A stretch of DNA of 64,000 bases from Armatimonadota bacterium (lineage in GTDB: Bacteria; Armatimonadota; UBA5829; DTLH01), in contig JBDKSP010000020.1 of NCBI GenBank assembly GCA_039680575.1, positions 1 to 64,000 of the forward strand, read 5' to 3'. The position numbers and the translations under genes are program-made. The notes under the pieces were generated by a model. That model worked only from the letters and a program-made list of their open reading frames with translations. It did no database searches and was not told the origin of the DNA. Below are positions 21,244 to 31,352 of the stretch, piece after piece (positions within the stretch are counted from its first letter, which is position 1; each line of letters opens with the position of its first letter).

Positions 21244-21990
21244 ATGGGAAAAAGATCGCTTAGAGGGAAAACTGCGCTTATCACTGGAGCTGCAAAGAGA
21301 ATTGGGCGTGCTACAGCGCTGGCGCTTGCGGGAGAGGGAGTGAATATCGTAATCCACTACAATAGCTCCGCATCTGAGGCAGAAAAGCTTGTAATGGAGC
21401 TCGCCGAGCACGGAGTCAACAGCTGGACAGTGAAGGCTGACTTCAGCAATCCGGATGAATACGAGTCACTCTTCCTGCGTTCGCTCGATACAGTTGGTCC
21501 GATAGATATTCTGGTCAACAATGCGTCTATCTTCCCGATGGAGAAGCTCGACTCGATAACCTTCGATAGCTTTGTTTCAAACATGCAGATCAATGCATGG
21601 GTCCCTTTTGTGCTGGGAAGAGCTTTTGCTAAGCACATGAGACATGGCATGATAATAAACCTCCTGGACAGCCGTATAAGCGGCTACGATTGGGCGCATG
21701 CAGGTTATATCTGGAGTAAGCATGTTCTTGCCGTGATGACCAGGATGATGGCGCTCGAATACGCGCCGGATATCGCCGTCAACGCTGTAGCTCCCGGACT
21801 TATCCTGCCTCCTCCCGGACAGGATGAAAGCTATCTCGACCGGTTGGTGCATACGGTCCCACTCAAACGGCACGGATCTGCCGAAGATGTCGCCGATGCG
21901 GTCGTATACCTCGCAGGGACGGATTTTCTGACTGGTGAAGTGGTCTATGTGGACGGCGGCAGGCATCTGAAAGAGTATACGAATGGATAG
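21244..21990 (+). CDS. pteridine reductase-like SDR (FolM/PTR1-type)
   Basis: TGAAKRIG, IHYNSS, NNAS, YxxSK, VNAVAPG; adjacent to folB and phhB. Confidence 0.85.
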   Translation: MGKRSLRGKTALITGAAKRIGRATALALAGEGVNIVIHYNSSASEAEKLVMELAEHGVNSWTVKADFSNPDEYESLFLRSLDTVGPIDILVNNASIFPMEKLDSITFDSFVSNMQINAWVPFVLGRAFAKHMRHGMIINLLDSRISGYDWAHAGYIWSKHVLAVMTRMMALEYAPDIAVNAVAPGLILPPPGQDESYLDRLVHTVPLKRHGSAEDVADAVVYLAGTDFLTGEVVYVDGGRHLKEYTNG

Positions 21991-22342
21991 GATATTCATA
22001 GACGATATTCTAACCCGGTGTATCATAGGAATCAGGGATTACGAGCGAAAAGAGCCGCAGGAGATATTCATAAGCGTTTCGCTTTCTGTAGACCTGAGCA
22101 AACCGGGGAAGAGCGACGACTTTGAGTATACCGTAGACTACAGCCTGCTTAAAGACTGCATACTTGAGATGGCTGAATCGTCACGTTTTTACCTGATAGA
22201 AGCACTCGCCGAGCGCACCGCCGAAACCTGCCTCGAAAACCCTATGGTGAAGGAAGTTACAGTCACCGTAAAAAAGCCCTCCGCCTTCCGCTTCGTTCGT
22301 ACCGTAGGCGTAGAGATTACGAGAAAAGGGAACGGGGAATAG
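21983..22342 (+). CDS. folB: dihydroneopterin aldolase
   Basis: MDRIFI…IIGI…ER…Q, TVDY, LIEALAE, VKKP, VGVEITR. Confidence 0.9.
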   Translation: MDRIFIDDILTRCIIGIRDYERKEPQEIFISVSLSVDLSKPGKSDDFEYTVDYSLLKDCILEMAESSRFYLIEALAERTAETCLENPMVKEVTVTVKKPSAFRFVRTVGVEITRKGNGE

Positions 22343-22727
22343 CTGTCGGCAATCAGCAGTCAGCCATCAGCTTTAGGACCGCGGAAGGTGGAGATTTTTT
22401 CTATGCGGCGGGAACACTGATGGACCGGGGGATCCATGCCCCGGTCCCCATTCTCCAGGGCATCTATTGTATGTTACTGCTGCGGGAATTAAATATGTGC
22501 AAATCAGTAGATTATACAGACCTGCCATTCCCGCAACATACCCCTCATCCCAGCCTTCTCCCGCAAGGGGAGAAGGGGCTGATTGTGCAAATATCCACCA
22601 ATCCCATTTCGCGTTTTTCGTGTTCCTTCGTGTCATTCGCGATTCAAAGTCCCCGGCAAAGTGTAACCACTCTTCGTAAATGGGTATCTGCTGGACTGTA
22701 TATATAATTCAGATGGAGGTTACACTT

Positions 22728-23141
22728 ATGCCTGAATTCGTAGACCCTTTCAAGGGATTAGTCGAGCGAGAGATGTCTCACACTGAGCTGGTACGTGCAA
22801 TTATGCTGAATATTTCAGCGGAACTTGAGGCTGTGCATTTGTATCTGTCGCATATGGACGCTACCAAGAACGAAGACGCGCGGAAAGTCCTATATGATAT
22901 CGCGCTGGAAGAAATAGTCCATGTCGGAGAGTTTACAAGCCTTTTGTACCGTCTCGATCCCGTCTCGGCAGCGAAGGCTAAAGAAGGCTTTGAAGAGGTA
23001 GCCGAGCTTTTAGGCTCAAAAGCGCCCGGAGAACCGGCTGGAGTAGAAGCTGCAGCAGAATCGGGTGAGGGAGCCGAGCAAGTTACATCAGCGCCAACCG
23101 GGCTTACCGTCGGAAGTCTCATTGGCCGCGAGCAGAAGTAA
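22728..23141 (+). CDS. ferritin-like protein with C-terminal encapsulin cargo-loading peptide
   Basis: ELEAVHLY and EEIVHVGEF di-iron helices, Ala/Glu/Gly linker, C-terminal GLTVGSL; GGAGG RBS before ATG 22728. Confidence 0.85.
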   Translation: MPEFVDPFKGLVEREMSHTELVRAIMLNISAELEAVHLYLSHMDATKNEDARKVLYDIALEEIVHVGEFTSLLYRLDPVSAAKAKEGFEEVAELLGSKAPGEPAGVEAAAESGEGAEQVTSAPTGLTVGSLIGREQK

Positions 23142-23153
23142 AGGAATCCGAAA

Positions 23154-23678
23154 ATGCTTAAGCGAGTAATGATTGTGGCGCTGATACTCAGCTTTATCCC
23201 TGCAGTAGCAGAGCGGCAAAGGGAAAGGCCTGACAATAAGTATAAGGAATGGCCGATGGTTCACCTGGATTGCGGGACTTTCCCTGCGGTCAGAATCATA
23301 GTTGCAAGGCAGGAGACGGAAGCCCGCGGATTTATCCGTAATGGACGGAGCTTCCTGCCCGCACGTGAAGCTTTGGAAAGGTTGGGTGGAAAGGTGACCT
23401 GGGTCCAGTCGCAAAAGGCGTTCTATGCCCGGTTCCCACGCAGAGATAGGACCGTTCGAGTCACTGTAAGATCGAGAAATATGCGGATTTATAGATATGA
23501 CATGGATAAGAAATACAGCGCAGGACGGTTGGTAAGAACAGTGCGGCTAGACGCCGCACCGTTCGTCTGTGAAGGCCGTGTTTTTGCACCGGTAAGAACG
23601 GCTGTGGATGCAGTAAGCGGCAAAATCACCTACGACAGAAAGTCCAGAACCGTTTATATCACTCCTCCCAGAAGCTAA
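23154..23678 (+). CDS. secreted copper amine oxidase N-terminal (stalk) domain protein
   Basis: Signal peptide; NGRSFLPAR…LGGKVTW and GRVFAPVR repeats. Confidence 0.7.
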   Translation: MLKRVMIVALILSFIPAVAERQRERPDNKYKEWPMVHLDCGTFPAVRIIVARQETEARGFIRNGRSFLPAREALERLGGKVTWVQSQKAFYARFPRRDRTVRVTVRSRNMRIYRYDMDKKYSAGRLVRTVRLDAAPFVCEGRVFAPVRTAVDAVSGKITYDRKSRTVYITPPRS

Positions 23679-23720
23679 AGGTCTGGTGAGCAGACTGAGA
23701 GCAGCTATTACCGTTTTTTA

Positions 23721-25160
23721 CTATATATCGGCCGGTTCATGAAAACCCTCATGGACCGGGAGCATATCTACCGGATCGTGTATTATCTTTATCTCGCGCC
23801 ACTTACCGCTCCGGTAACGCAGGTAGAACACAAAGATGAAGATCAGCATCCATGCGACCAGCGCTGTCCATGCAAATTGCGCAGAGGCATGCATCACATT
23901 GAACATAACGTAGAGTATTACAACCATCAGCCAGTGAAGAGTTACCGATATACTCATCGCCCAGAATGTGTCTCCTGCGCCGCGAAGCGCTCCTGTGAAT
24001 GCAACCATCGTTGCTTCAGCAAGCACATAGACAGCAACGAGGCGCACCATGAAAAGCGTCAGCGGCATTGACTGTGCGAAAACGGTGTCGTTGACTTCCG
24101 GTCGGAATACATTGACAAGCGCGTAAGGAATTGTCAGGAACATAATCAGCATAACGCAAGAGAACATCGAACCTATTTTTATCCCTGACATCGCTGCAGT
24201 GTGAGCCGTATCCGGTTGCCTTGCTCCCATGTAACGGCCGACCAGACTTGTTACCGCGATTTCCACTCCAACAAGTGGAATGAAAGCCACCATATCCCAA
24301 TTCAATGTCACAGAGGCGGCGGTAGCGACTATCTGCCCCTGTGAATCGAAGAGCGTGACCATAACGGAAAATGCGGCAAGATTGAGGAAGAACTCCAACC
24401 CCGCCGGATAGCCGAGCTTCAGGAGTTGGCGCATAATCGAGAGATCTATCCTGAACGAATCTTTGACACCGTATTCTCTGCGCGTTTTTCCGAAGAAATA
24501 AGCCGCAGCCAGAATCAGGAGTCCGCAAACGCCTCCGGTGATTGTCCCGTACGCAGATCCTCGTATTCCCATGGACTGCACTCCGAAATGTCCCAGGACA
24601 AGTACATAATTGACTCCCACATTTACTACCATCGCGGCTGCAGAGGCAATCATGACAATCCGGGTTTTGCCAATACCTGAAAAGAAACAGCCAAGCGCGG
24701 AACGCAGCAATCCTACGATGGACGCATATATCAGAATGTTGAAGAATATCGTCTGCGGAACAAGTTGCTCAGGGGCAATTCCTGATGAGCGAAACGATGA
24801 TCTAACCAATGGAGCGAGCAAGAGTATTATCGGGTAAGCCAGCACCGCGATAACTGCTGTCTGTGTCACTACTACCGAGCAGTTGCGTTTCTGACCGGAA
24901 CCGAAATATTGCGCGATTAATGCTGTACCATATCCTATTAGCCCCAGGAAAAAGGTGGACATCAGAAAACTCATCAATCCACCGCAGAGCGCTGCATTCA
25001 TGTGCTCTGTGCCCAGTTTTGAAAGAAAGAGCCTGTCGGTAAATGTCATTACCGTATCACAGGCATTCGATGCCATCATTGGCAGTGCTATAACCAGCAG
25101 TTCTCTGATACTGCCGGGTGAATATCCTGAATTGTTCTTCTTCAATGCTTTTGTTGCCAT
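23721..25160 (-). CDS. MATE family efflux transporter
   Basis: LVIALPM, DRLFLSKLG, GIRGSAYGT, VGRYMGA, GALRGAGDT; ~12 TM helices. Confidence 0.92.
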   Translation of the reverse strand: MATKALKKNNSGYSPGSIRELLVIALPMMASNACDTVMTFTDRLFLSKLGTEHMNAALCGGLMSFLMSTFFLGLIGYGTALIAQYFGSGQKRNCSVVVTQTAVIAVLAYPIILLLAPLVRSSFRSSGIAPEQLVPQTIFFNILIYASIVGLLRSALGCFFSGIGKTRIVMIASAAAMVVNVGVNYVLVLGHFGVQSMGIRGSAYGTITGGVCGLLILAAAYFFGKTRREYGVKDSFRIDLSIMRQLLKLGYPAGLEFFLNLAAFSVMVTLFDSQGQIVATAASVTLNWDMVAFIPLVGVEIAVTSLVGRYMGARQPDTAHTAAMSGIKIGSMFSCVMLIMFLTIPYALVNVFRPEVNDTVFAQSMPLTLFMVRLVAVYVLAEATMVAFTGALRGAGDTFWAMSISVTLHWLMVVILYVMFNVMHASAQFAWTALVAWMLIFIFVFYLRYRSGKWREIKIIHDPVDMLPVHEGFHEPADI

Positions 25161-25542
25161 ACGTATCCCTTTATTATTGTTTCACGGAAAACTCGCTGCC
25201 GGAAAAGTCAGCCGGATATACCGGACGACTTTAACCGATGAGAAAGCACAGTGGTTTACGAAAATGTGTTGCAGCTAGCTTACAGCTCATACGGTAGCGA
25301 TTACCAAAGCTGTAATGCTCTAGCGGAGTATATGTTGCCGGGTATTATGATAGGGTCAAATTGTGAGTTTCATATTATATACCCTTCTGCTTTTCTGAAT
25401 AAATATCCTTCATGTTATTGCACTGATATAGATAAATATTTAATCGTCATCGAATCTATATGTAGTTGAGAATACTGGAATGAAAAGCAGGTAAATATGG
25501 GAAGTGTATTATCAACCGGAATTTCGGATAAGGAGCAAAAAC

Positions 25543-25803
25543 ATGGACAGAATGGTGCGAATGACTGTGTATTTTATTGATGGCACAAACCTTATCGTTG
25601 AGTATCCCAAGCAGGCGGGCAATGATGCCATGACTATAGCCGCCTCCGTCAAAAAAGCCCTTGAAACAGACCGGCTGGCACTGGAAGTGGATGGAGACCT
25701 TATGATGATCCCCGGACAAAACGTGAAGTACCTTCGCCTGTCTCCCGGACCTGATGAATTGCCTGAAGGCAAGGTCTTGAGGGGCGCTCGGATTATAGGT
25801 TAA
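25543..25803 (+). CDS. small hypothetical protein
   Basis: AGGAG RBS before ATG 25543; compact beta-rich ORF. Confidence 0.6.
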   Translation: MDRMVRMTVYFIDGTNLIVEYPKQAGNDAMTIAASVKKALETDRLALEVDGDLMMIPGQNVKYLRLSPGPDELPEGKVLRGARIIG

Positions 25804-25884
25804 GTAAAGAAGAATCTGCAGAGTTTTGGCTTGAGATGTAATGCATATTTGTTGCATCAATTGCCAAAACTCTTTCGATACGCT

Positions 25885-27588
25885 TCACTGGGCCATTTTA
25901 TTTCTATTCCTGAAAGCGTCTACAGCGGACCTGACGCTCCTGAAGATATGATCTTCACCGATTTTCTCCGCCAGGCCGGTTCGGTCGATCATATCGCGCA
26001 CCTGTTCATTCGGCCGAGCCAGTGCGAAAGTGATGCTTTCATTCTTGAGTTCGGTCAACGCCTTATCCAGATGGTCCACAGCGGTTGTGTCGATCATCGG
26101 GATGGACTCAGCGTCAAGAATGAACCACTCCGGCATGGACTCCGACGTAATTTCTCTTGCTCTCGTCCGCAGGTAATCTGCATTGAAGAAAAGTATGGCT
26201 GAATCGATCCTGTACATGACCAGCCCGGGTAATTGTTCTGCCTCTGGATACTTCGCCACATCAAAATAGCCTTCTATGCCTGGGATTTCTCCGAGTATGG
26301 CATCAGGAGGCCGAGACGACCTCTTAAGTATCTGGACCATTGCGAGAGTTACTGCGACAAGTATGCCAGGGAGCACACCGACCGTGATAACTCCAAGAGA
26401 GGTAACGACTGCAAGGAGAAAATCCGGCTTGCTTACGCTCCAGAGGTATTTCATATAGGGAAAATTGAACAGCCCGACTGCCGCGGAGATAAGCACTGCT
26501 CCGATAACAGCTACCGGAAGATAGGCAAGCGGTGCGGTAAGAATGAGGAGTGCGACCAGCATGACCACGGCTGCGATAATGCCTGTCATCTGGGTTTTCC
26601 CGCCAGTGGAATCACTGATGGCTGTTCTGGAGTCTGTCCCGCTCACGGCAAACCCCTGAGAAATTCCTGCGGCTATATTCGCCATCCCGAGGCCGATAAA
26701 TTCCTGATTTGCATCCAGGTCATAACCGTTTTTCGCTGCAAAGCTCCTTGCAGTCACCATTCCACTGCTGAAACCGACAATCGCAATGCCGATTGAACCG
26801 AGTATCAACGCTTCCAGATCGTCAAAGCCTGGGTGGGGGAGCGTAACCGGCGGAAGCCCTGCCGGAACAGTCCCTGCGGCAGCTACACCATATTTGCCGA
26901 GGTCCAGGATGGCTGCGGCGATTATTCCCGCGATTACGGCAATCAGTGGAGCGGGAATTCTTCGGGATTTTCGTCTCAGGAACATGAGCAGGACAAACGC
27001 CGACACACCGACGATAAGCGTCACTATGTTGGTCTGCCCGATTTTCGAGAAGAAATAAAAAATCGTCCGAAAGAATCCTGTGGAAGGCACTGAGTAGCCG
27101 AACAGTTTGCTCAGTTGCCCCGCTATTATGCTGAGCCCGACCCCGTTCATAAATCCCATAAGGATTGGCCGAGCCAGGAAATTTGCCACGAACCCCAGCC
27201 TGATTACGCCTGCAATAACGCATATCAGACCTGTCATGAGGGTCAGAGTTGCTGCGAGTCCCACATACTTTGATGTGTCTCCACCTGCAGTGTTTGTGAG
27301 CGCTGCTCCAACCAGGACTGCCGTGGCTGCATCAGGTCCCACAATTAGCTGCCGGGAAGAGCCAAACAGCGCGTATGCAACAAGTGACAGAATGCTTGCA
27401 TAAATGCCGTAGACCGGCGGGACACCGACGAGTGGGGCATAGGCGATACCGGTCGGGAGCGCAACGGCGGCTACAGAAAGCCCCGCCACCAGGTCATACT
27501 TGAAGAACGACCGGTCGTATCCACGGATCCAGGCGAGCCCGGGTATTAGTTTCGCAAGCCGAATTCTCTCAGTCATGCGTTTCTTCAA
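25885..27588 (-). CDS. SulP family sulfate/anion permease with STAS domain
   Basis: DLVAGLSV…PTGIAYA, GSSRQLIVGP, NQEFIGLG; STAS FFNADY…IDTTA. Confidence 0.95.
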   Translation of the reverse strand: MKKRMTERIRLAKLIPGLAWIRGYDRSFFKYDLVAGLSVAAVALPTGIAYAPLVGVPPVYGIYASILSLVAYALFGSSRQLIVGPDAATAVLVGAALTNTAGGDTSKYVGLAATLTLMTGLICVIAGVIRLGFVANFLARPILMGFMNGVGLSIIAGQLSKLFGYSVPSTGFFRTIFYFFSKIGQTNIVTLIVGVSAFVLLMFLRRKSRRIPAPLIAVIAGIIAAAILDLGKYGVAAAGTVPAGLPPVTLPHPGFDDLEALILGSIGIAIVGFSSGMVTARSFAAKNGYDLDANQEFIGLGMANIAAGISQGFAVSGTDSRTAISDSTGGKTQMTGIIAAVVMLVALLILTAPLAYLPVAVIGAVLISAAVGLFNFPYMKYLWSVSKPDFLLAVVTSLGVITVGVLPGILVAVTLAMVQILKRSSRPPDAILGEIPGIEGYFDVAKYPEAEQLPGLVMYRIDSAILFFNADYLRTRAREITSESMPEWFILDAESIPMIDTTAVDHLDKALTELKNESITFALARPNEQVRDMIDRTGLAEKIGEDHIFRSVRSAVDAFRNRNKMAQ

Positions 27589-27597
27589 ATTATGGCT

Positions 27598-28017
27598 TTA
27601 GTATGGACCTTCTCCGGAAAGCATCCCTATGAATACGAATATCCCAATCAATACTACAAATATAGCGACAATGAAGGACAGCGACCACAGATATCTGCCT
27701 TCTTTAACTCCCATCTGGTTCAGGTATATCCTGTGCTGGATGGCTGCAACGATCAACGATAATGTGCCCAACGCGACCAGCGTCAAACCAAGGTTTCTTG
27801 GCGCCTGTGCCCGGACTCTGCCAAATACCTCGATGCGGCCAAGATATTGAAAGAACTTAGCTAATGTGAACCCGAACCCGATCAGGGAAATGGAAGTCCT
27901 GACCCACGCCATTAGAGTCCGTTCAGTGGCTATTATTGTGCGCTGCCGTGCAAGATTCGTCCTTTCCTCTGCCAGTTGCGTCGATTTATCGGCTTTAGTC
28001 TCCTGGGTTTCAGCCAT
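27598..28017 (-). CDS. YidH / DUF202 family membrane protein
   Basis: ATERTLMAWVRTSISLIGFG signature. Confidence 0.88.
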   Translation of the reverse strand: MAETQETKADKSTQLAEERTNLARQRTIIATERTLMAWVRTSISLIGFGFTLAKFFQYLGRIEVFGRVRAQAPRNLGLTLVALGTLSLIVAAIQHRIYLNQMGVKEGRYLWSLSFIVAIFVVLIGIFVFIGMLSGEGPY

Positions 28018-28031
28018 ATGAAGTTGCCTCA

Positions 28032-28823
28032 CTACCAGTTATATGTGAATCCTATAAACGGTCCATCCAGCAGGACATCATATTCGAACCTGCTGTTTCC
28101 GCTTCCTGTATCATGATCATAGTCCAGCCATCTCCAGCCGAGATTCAACTCCCACATATCGGAGAGAATATATTGGAATCCAAGCACGAGATTCCAGGTG
28201 AAATCCGACGCATCTCCTATGCCGAACCCTCCGATATCTCCTCTTGTCCAGAATGTCCACTGATCAGAAAGCCTTCGTGTGAGCCTGGCGCCGATAAACG
28301 GATCTATCCAGGACTGATCTCCTTCGGCATTAACCGCCCCTTTTAGCTTCAGCGCAAGCTTGCTGTAGCGAAGACCTCCCAGTAAATCCACTGTTTGTAT
28401 CCGGCCGGTATTCAGCATTTTCCTGCTCACTTCTAGAGCTGTCGCAAGCTCGGCAATTGTCTGTGAGTTTTCAAACTCAGCGTCACCCTGCGCTGTCGAC
28501 ACATTATCTTCCAGCTTTATATAAAACAGGTCCGCAAGGATGTAAGACCGCTTTTTCTGTGCCTCATAGTGAAAAACGGCAGCTCCATCGAGGGAAGAAA
28601 GCGCATCCCAGGAGTCCGAAATGCTTATATCGACATCAACCGGCCTGCCACGCACAACTGCATCACCGTTTTGTGCCGGAAGCCAGAAATAGGTAGTGAA
28701 AGACTGCTTCCACTTGTTCGGATCGTTTTCTTTGGCCTGAGGTTGTGCCTCACAATGCCCTATTGCGCATAACAAGAATAATGCTAACGCTGCCTGGATT
28801 AAAATTTCAGGTCTGTGCTTCAT
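28032..28823 (-). CDS. putative outer-membrane beta-barrel protein
   Basis: Signal peptide, amphipathic strands, WIDPFIG, GDIGGFG, terminal aromatic residue (…YNW). Confidence 0.7.
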   Translation of the reverse strand: MKHRPEILIQAALALFLLCAIGHCEAQPQAKENDPNKWKQSFTTYFWLPAQNGDAVVRGRPVDVDISISDSWDALSSLDGAAVFHYEAQKKRSYILADLFYIKLEDNVSTAQGDAEFENSQTIAELATALEVSRKMLNTGRIQTVDLLGGLRYSKLALKLKGAVNAEGDQSWIDPFIGARLTRRLSDQWTFWTRGDIGGFGIGDASDFTWNLVLGFQYILSDMWELNLGWRWLDYDHDTGSGNSRFEYDVLLDGPFIGFTYNW

Positions 28824-28935
28824 TCGGCTTTCCTCCCGGCAATGATTTGCACAATTGCAAGCTGGTAATTACCTATTGGGTTTTGGCAACTCATATAATA
28901 AATATGTATTACATCTCAAGCCGAAACTCTTTAGG

Positions 28936-28967
28936 TTCCCCCTTCTTTTTCTGCTAAGAAGGGGGAC
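28936..28967. terminator. hairpin downstream of the sulfatase gene
   Basis: TCCCCCTTCTT…AAGAAGGGGGA. Confidence 0.5.
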
Positions 28968-28987
28968 TTGAGACGCATTTTCGAGAT

Positions 28988-31312
28988 TTACTCTCGAGCG
29001 AGCATTACCTTGGCTTCTGCATCCACATCCACGTAATGTTCACCTGTCAGGTTGACGGTTACACGTTTGATGGTGCCTCCCTTGAACTCAAAGGGAGAAT
29101 CATATTCAGGACTCACGGGGTCCGGTCCGCTGCGGCCGACAGTAAGCCCTCCCGCTAAACCGAATGCTCCCGGCTGGGTCCTCATCTGTCCTTCGGCAGC
29201 GACATCATCGTTAATATAGAGCTTACCGATACCGTTCGCTACGCCTTTCGGGTCCTCATTTTCTTTGGAGAACTCTATCCCCAGGAAAACTTTCCCGGTC
29301 GGAATTTGCCTGTCAGATACAAGTTTGTATGACTCTATACCGAGGAAGTTGTATATGTAATAGAGTCTGCCGCCCTTCACAAAAAGTGAATGGCCGCCGA
29401 ACCTGGAGCCCATAGAGAAGATGACTCCTTCGGCTTCGGAAGTGTCTATATCGACGTTAGCAAGAATGGAGAAAGATCGGTTGCGTGTGTCCGGCCCCAC
29501 TCTCTCCGCAATTGCGCTGGTGTTCGGATAGTAGATATAGCTGTTCCGGGGCTTGGCTATCTCCGGGCGTGTATCGTTAAGCAGCTCTATAGGTGCTCTA
29601 TCGTCAAGAGGGAAGCCGTTATTTCTGCCAGCGTAGGCGAACCATGCCGCGACCAGTCCCTTCAACCTGTCCGGATACTCTTCGGCCAGGTTGTGGGTTT
29701 CGGAACGGTCCTTCTCGTAGTGATACAGTTCCCACTTGTCGTCCATGAAGTGGCTGGTACTTGCAAGCGCTCCGTGCCGCGCCACTGCTTTCCATCCGTC
29801 CTGATAGATAGCACGTGTTCCAAGCATCGAGTAGTACTGGGTGTGCCTCGTAGTCGGAGCATTAGGGTTATCGAAGGTATAACGCATACTTGTCCCCTGG
29901 ATCGGAGACTGCTCATACCCTTTGATGAACATCGGCGGGTCTATTCCCAGGCAATCGAGAATTGTCGGCATTATATCTATCGCGTGGTGATACTGGTCTC
30001 GAACCTGTCCGGCGACTCGCTTCATTTCCTTCGGCCAGGCAATAATACATGGGTCTGCGATACCACCTTCCAAAACGTAGCGTTTGAACATCTTGTAGGG
30101 AGCATTGAACGCCCATGCCCAACCTGTGGGGTAGTGATTATATGTGTTCGGACTACCAAGTTTGTCCAACATTTTCAGGTTTTCCTGAAGATCGTCCGGC
30201 CAGCCATTGAAGAAATTATTCTCATTGACCGAACCATTGGGAGTCCCCTCACCGCTTGCGCCATTGTCCGACACCGCTACGATGATAGTGTTTTCCAACT
30301 GCCCGGAGTCTTCCAGGTAGTCGAGCAGCCGTCCGAGTTCATGGTCGGTGTAGCTGGAATACCCGGCATAGACCTCCGCCATCCGGGAGAATAGCTTTTT
30401 CTGGTCATCCGACAGCGAGTCCCACGGCAGTACCATATCGGCTTCCGAGATGACATCCGGCGCAGGCCATGGGTTGATGGAAGATAACTCCGTATCCTGC
30501 GGGATTGTCCCCATTTTCTTCATGTTTTCGAATGTGATCTCACGGTATTTCTCGTAGCCCATGTCGAATTTGCCTTTGTAATTGTCCGCCCACTCCTTTG
30601 GAGCATGATGCGGCGCATGGTTTGCTCCAAAAGCGAGATACATCATCCATGGCTTGTCGGGAGCCACCTGTTTTTGGTCCTGGATGAACTCCAGAGCTTT
30701 GTCTATCAGGTCTTTAGACAGGTGATAACCCTCTTCGGGCTTATATGGTTGATCTATAAAGTGATCGTCATATGTCAGATCAGGATACCACTGGTTGGTT
30801 TCACCGCCCAGGAACCCGTAATAGCGCTCAAAACCCCTGCCGCTAGGCCATGTCCTCTTTGGACCGGCCATATTGGACTCCGTGTCCGGGGTAAGGTGCC
30901 ACTTACCCAGGCTGAATGTGCTGTAGCCGTTTTCTACCAGAATCTCAGAAATCATGCCGTTTTCAGGCGGAATGACGGCACAAGATCCGGGGAACCCGGT
31001 TGCACCCTCCACTATACACGCCATGCCGTTCATCTGAGCGTTTCGTCCGGTCAAAAGACATGAGCGGGTAGGGGAGCAGAGGGCTGTGGTATGCCAGTTA
31101 GTGTAGCGGAGCCCCTTATCAGAGATGCGCTTCATGTTGGGCATCTCTATCAAACCGCCAAAGATGTCCCACGCGGCAATTCCTGTGTCATCCCAAACGA
31201 TATACAGTACATTTGGAGCCCCATCCTTGGATTTCGGGGGCTCAAAAGGTGACCAGTCAGGTTTCGAGTCTCTTATGTCAAGATTGATGATCCCATTGAA
31301 CTGTTTTGCCAT
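28988..31312 (-). CDS. arylsulfatase (Cys-type)
   Basis: WDD, CSPTRSCLLTGR formylglycine signature, GKWHL, SDNG. Confidence 0.95.
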   Translation of the reverse strand: MAKQFNGIINLDIRDSKPDWSPFEPPKSKDGAPNVLYIVWDDTGIAAWDIFGGLIEMPNMKRISDKGLRYTNWHTTALCSPTRSCLLTGRNAQMNGMACIVEGATGFPGSCAVIPPENGMISEILVENGYSTFSLGKWHLTPDTESNMAGPKRTWPSGRGFERYYGFLGGETNQWYPDLTYDDHFIDQPYKPEEGYHLSKDLIDKALEFIQDQKQVAPDKPWMMYLAFGANHAPHHAPKEWADNYKGKFDMGYEKYREITFENMKKMGTIPQDTELSSINPWPAPDVISEADMVLPWDSLSDDQKKLFSRMAEVYAGYSSYTDHELGRLLDYLEDSGQLENTIIVAVSDNGASGEGTPNGSVNENNFFNGWPDDLQENLKMLDKLGSPNTYNHYPTGWAWAFNAPYKMFKRYVLEGGIADPCIIAWPKEMKRVAGQVRDQYHHAIDIMPTILDCLGIDPPMFIKGYEQSPIQGTSMRYTFDNPNAPTTRHTQYYSMLGTRAIYQDGWKAVARHGALASTSHFMDDKWELYHYEKDRSETHNLAEEYPDRLKGLVAAWFAYAGRNNGFPLDDRAPIELLNDTRPEIAKPRNSYIYYPNTSAIAERVGPDTRNRSFSILANVDIDTSEAEGVIFSMGSRFGGHSLFVKGGRLYYIYNFLGIESYKLVSDRQIPTGKVFLGIEFSKENEDPKGVANGIGKLYINDDVAAEGQMRTQPGAFGLAGGLTVGRSGPDPVSPEYDSPFEFKGGTIKRVTVNLTGEHYVDVDAEAKVMLARE

Positions 31313-31352
31313 TTCATTGCCTCCAGTTGAATCCGGATTTACTCATCCGTGA

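Noticed and set aside
22342..22650. Short ORFs in the folB-ferritin intergenic region (also the GTAG…CTAC hairpins at 32-111 and the hairpin at 17375-17400)
   Set aside because: The regions consist of single-copy palindromes and low-complexity repeats, with no coding signal and no second copy in the window to define a family.
29390..30394. Long antisense ORFs (also 51393-52223, 58066-59187, 53006-53635)
   Set aside because: Shadows opposite well-supported genes, with no recognisable motifs.
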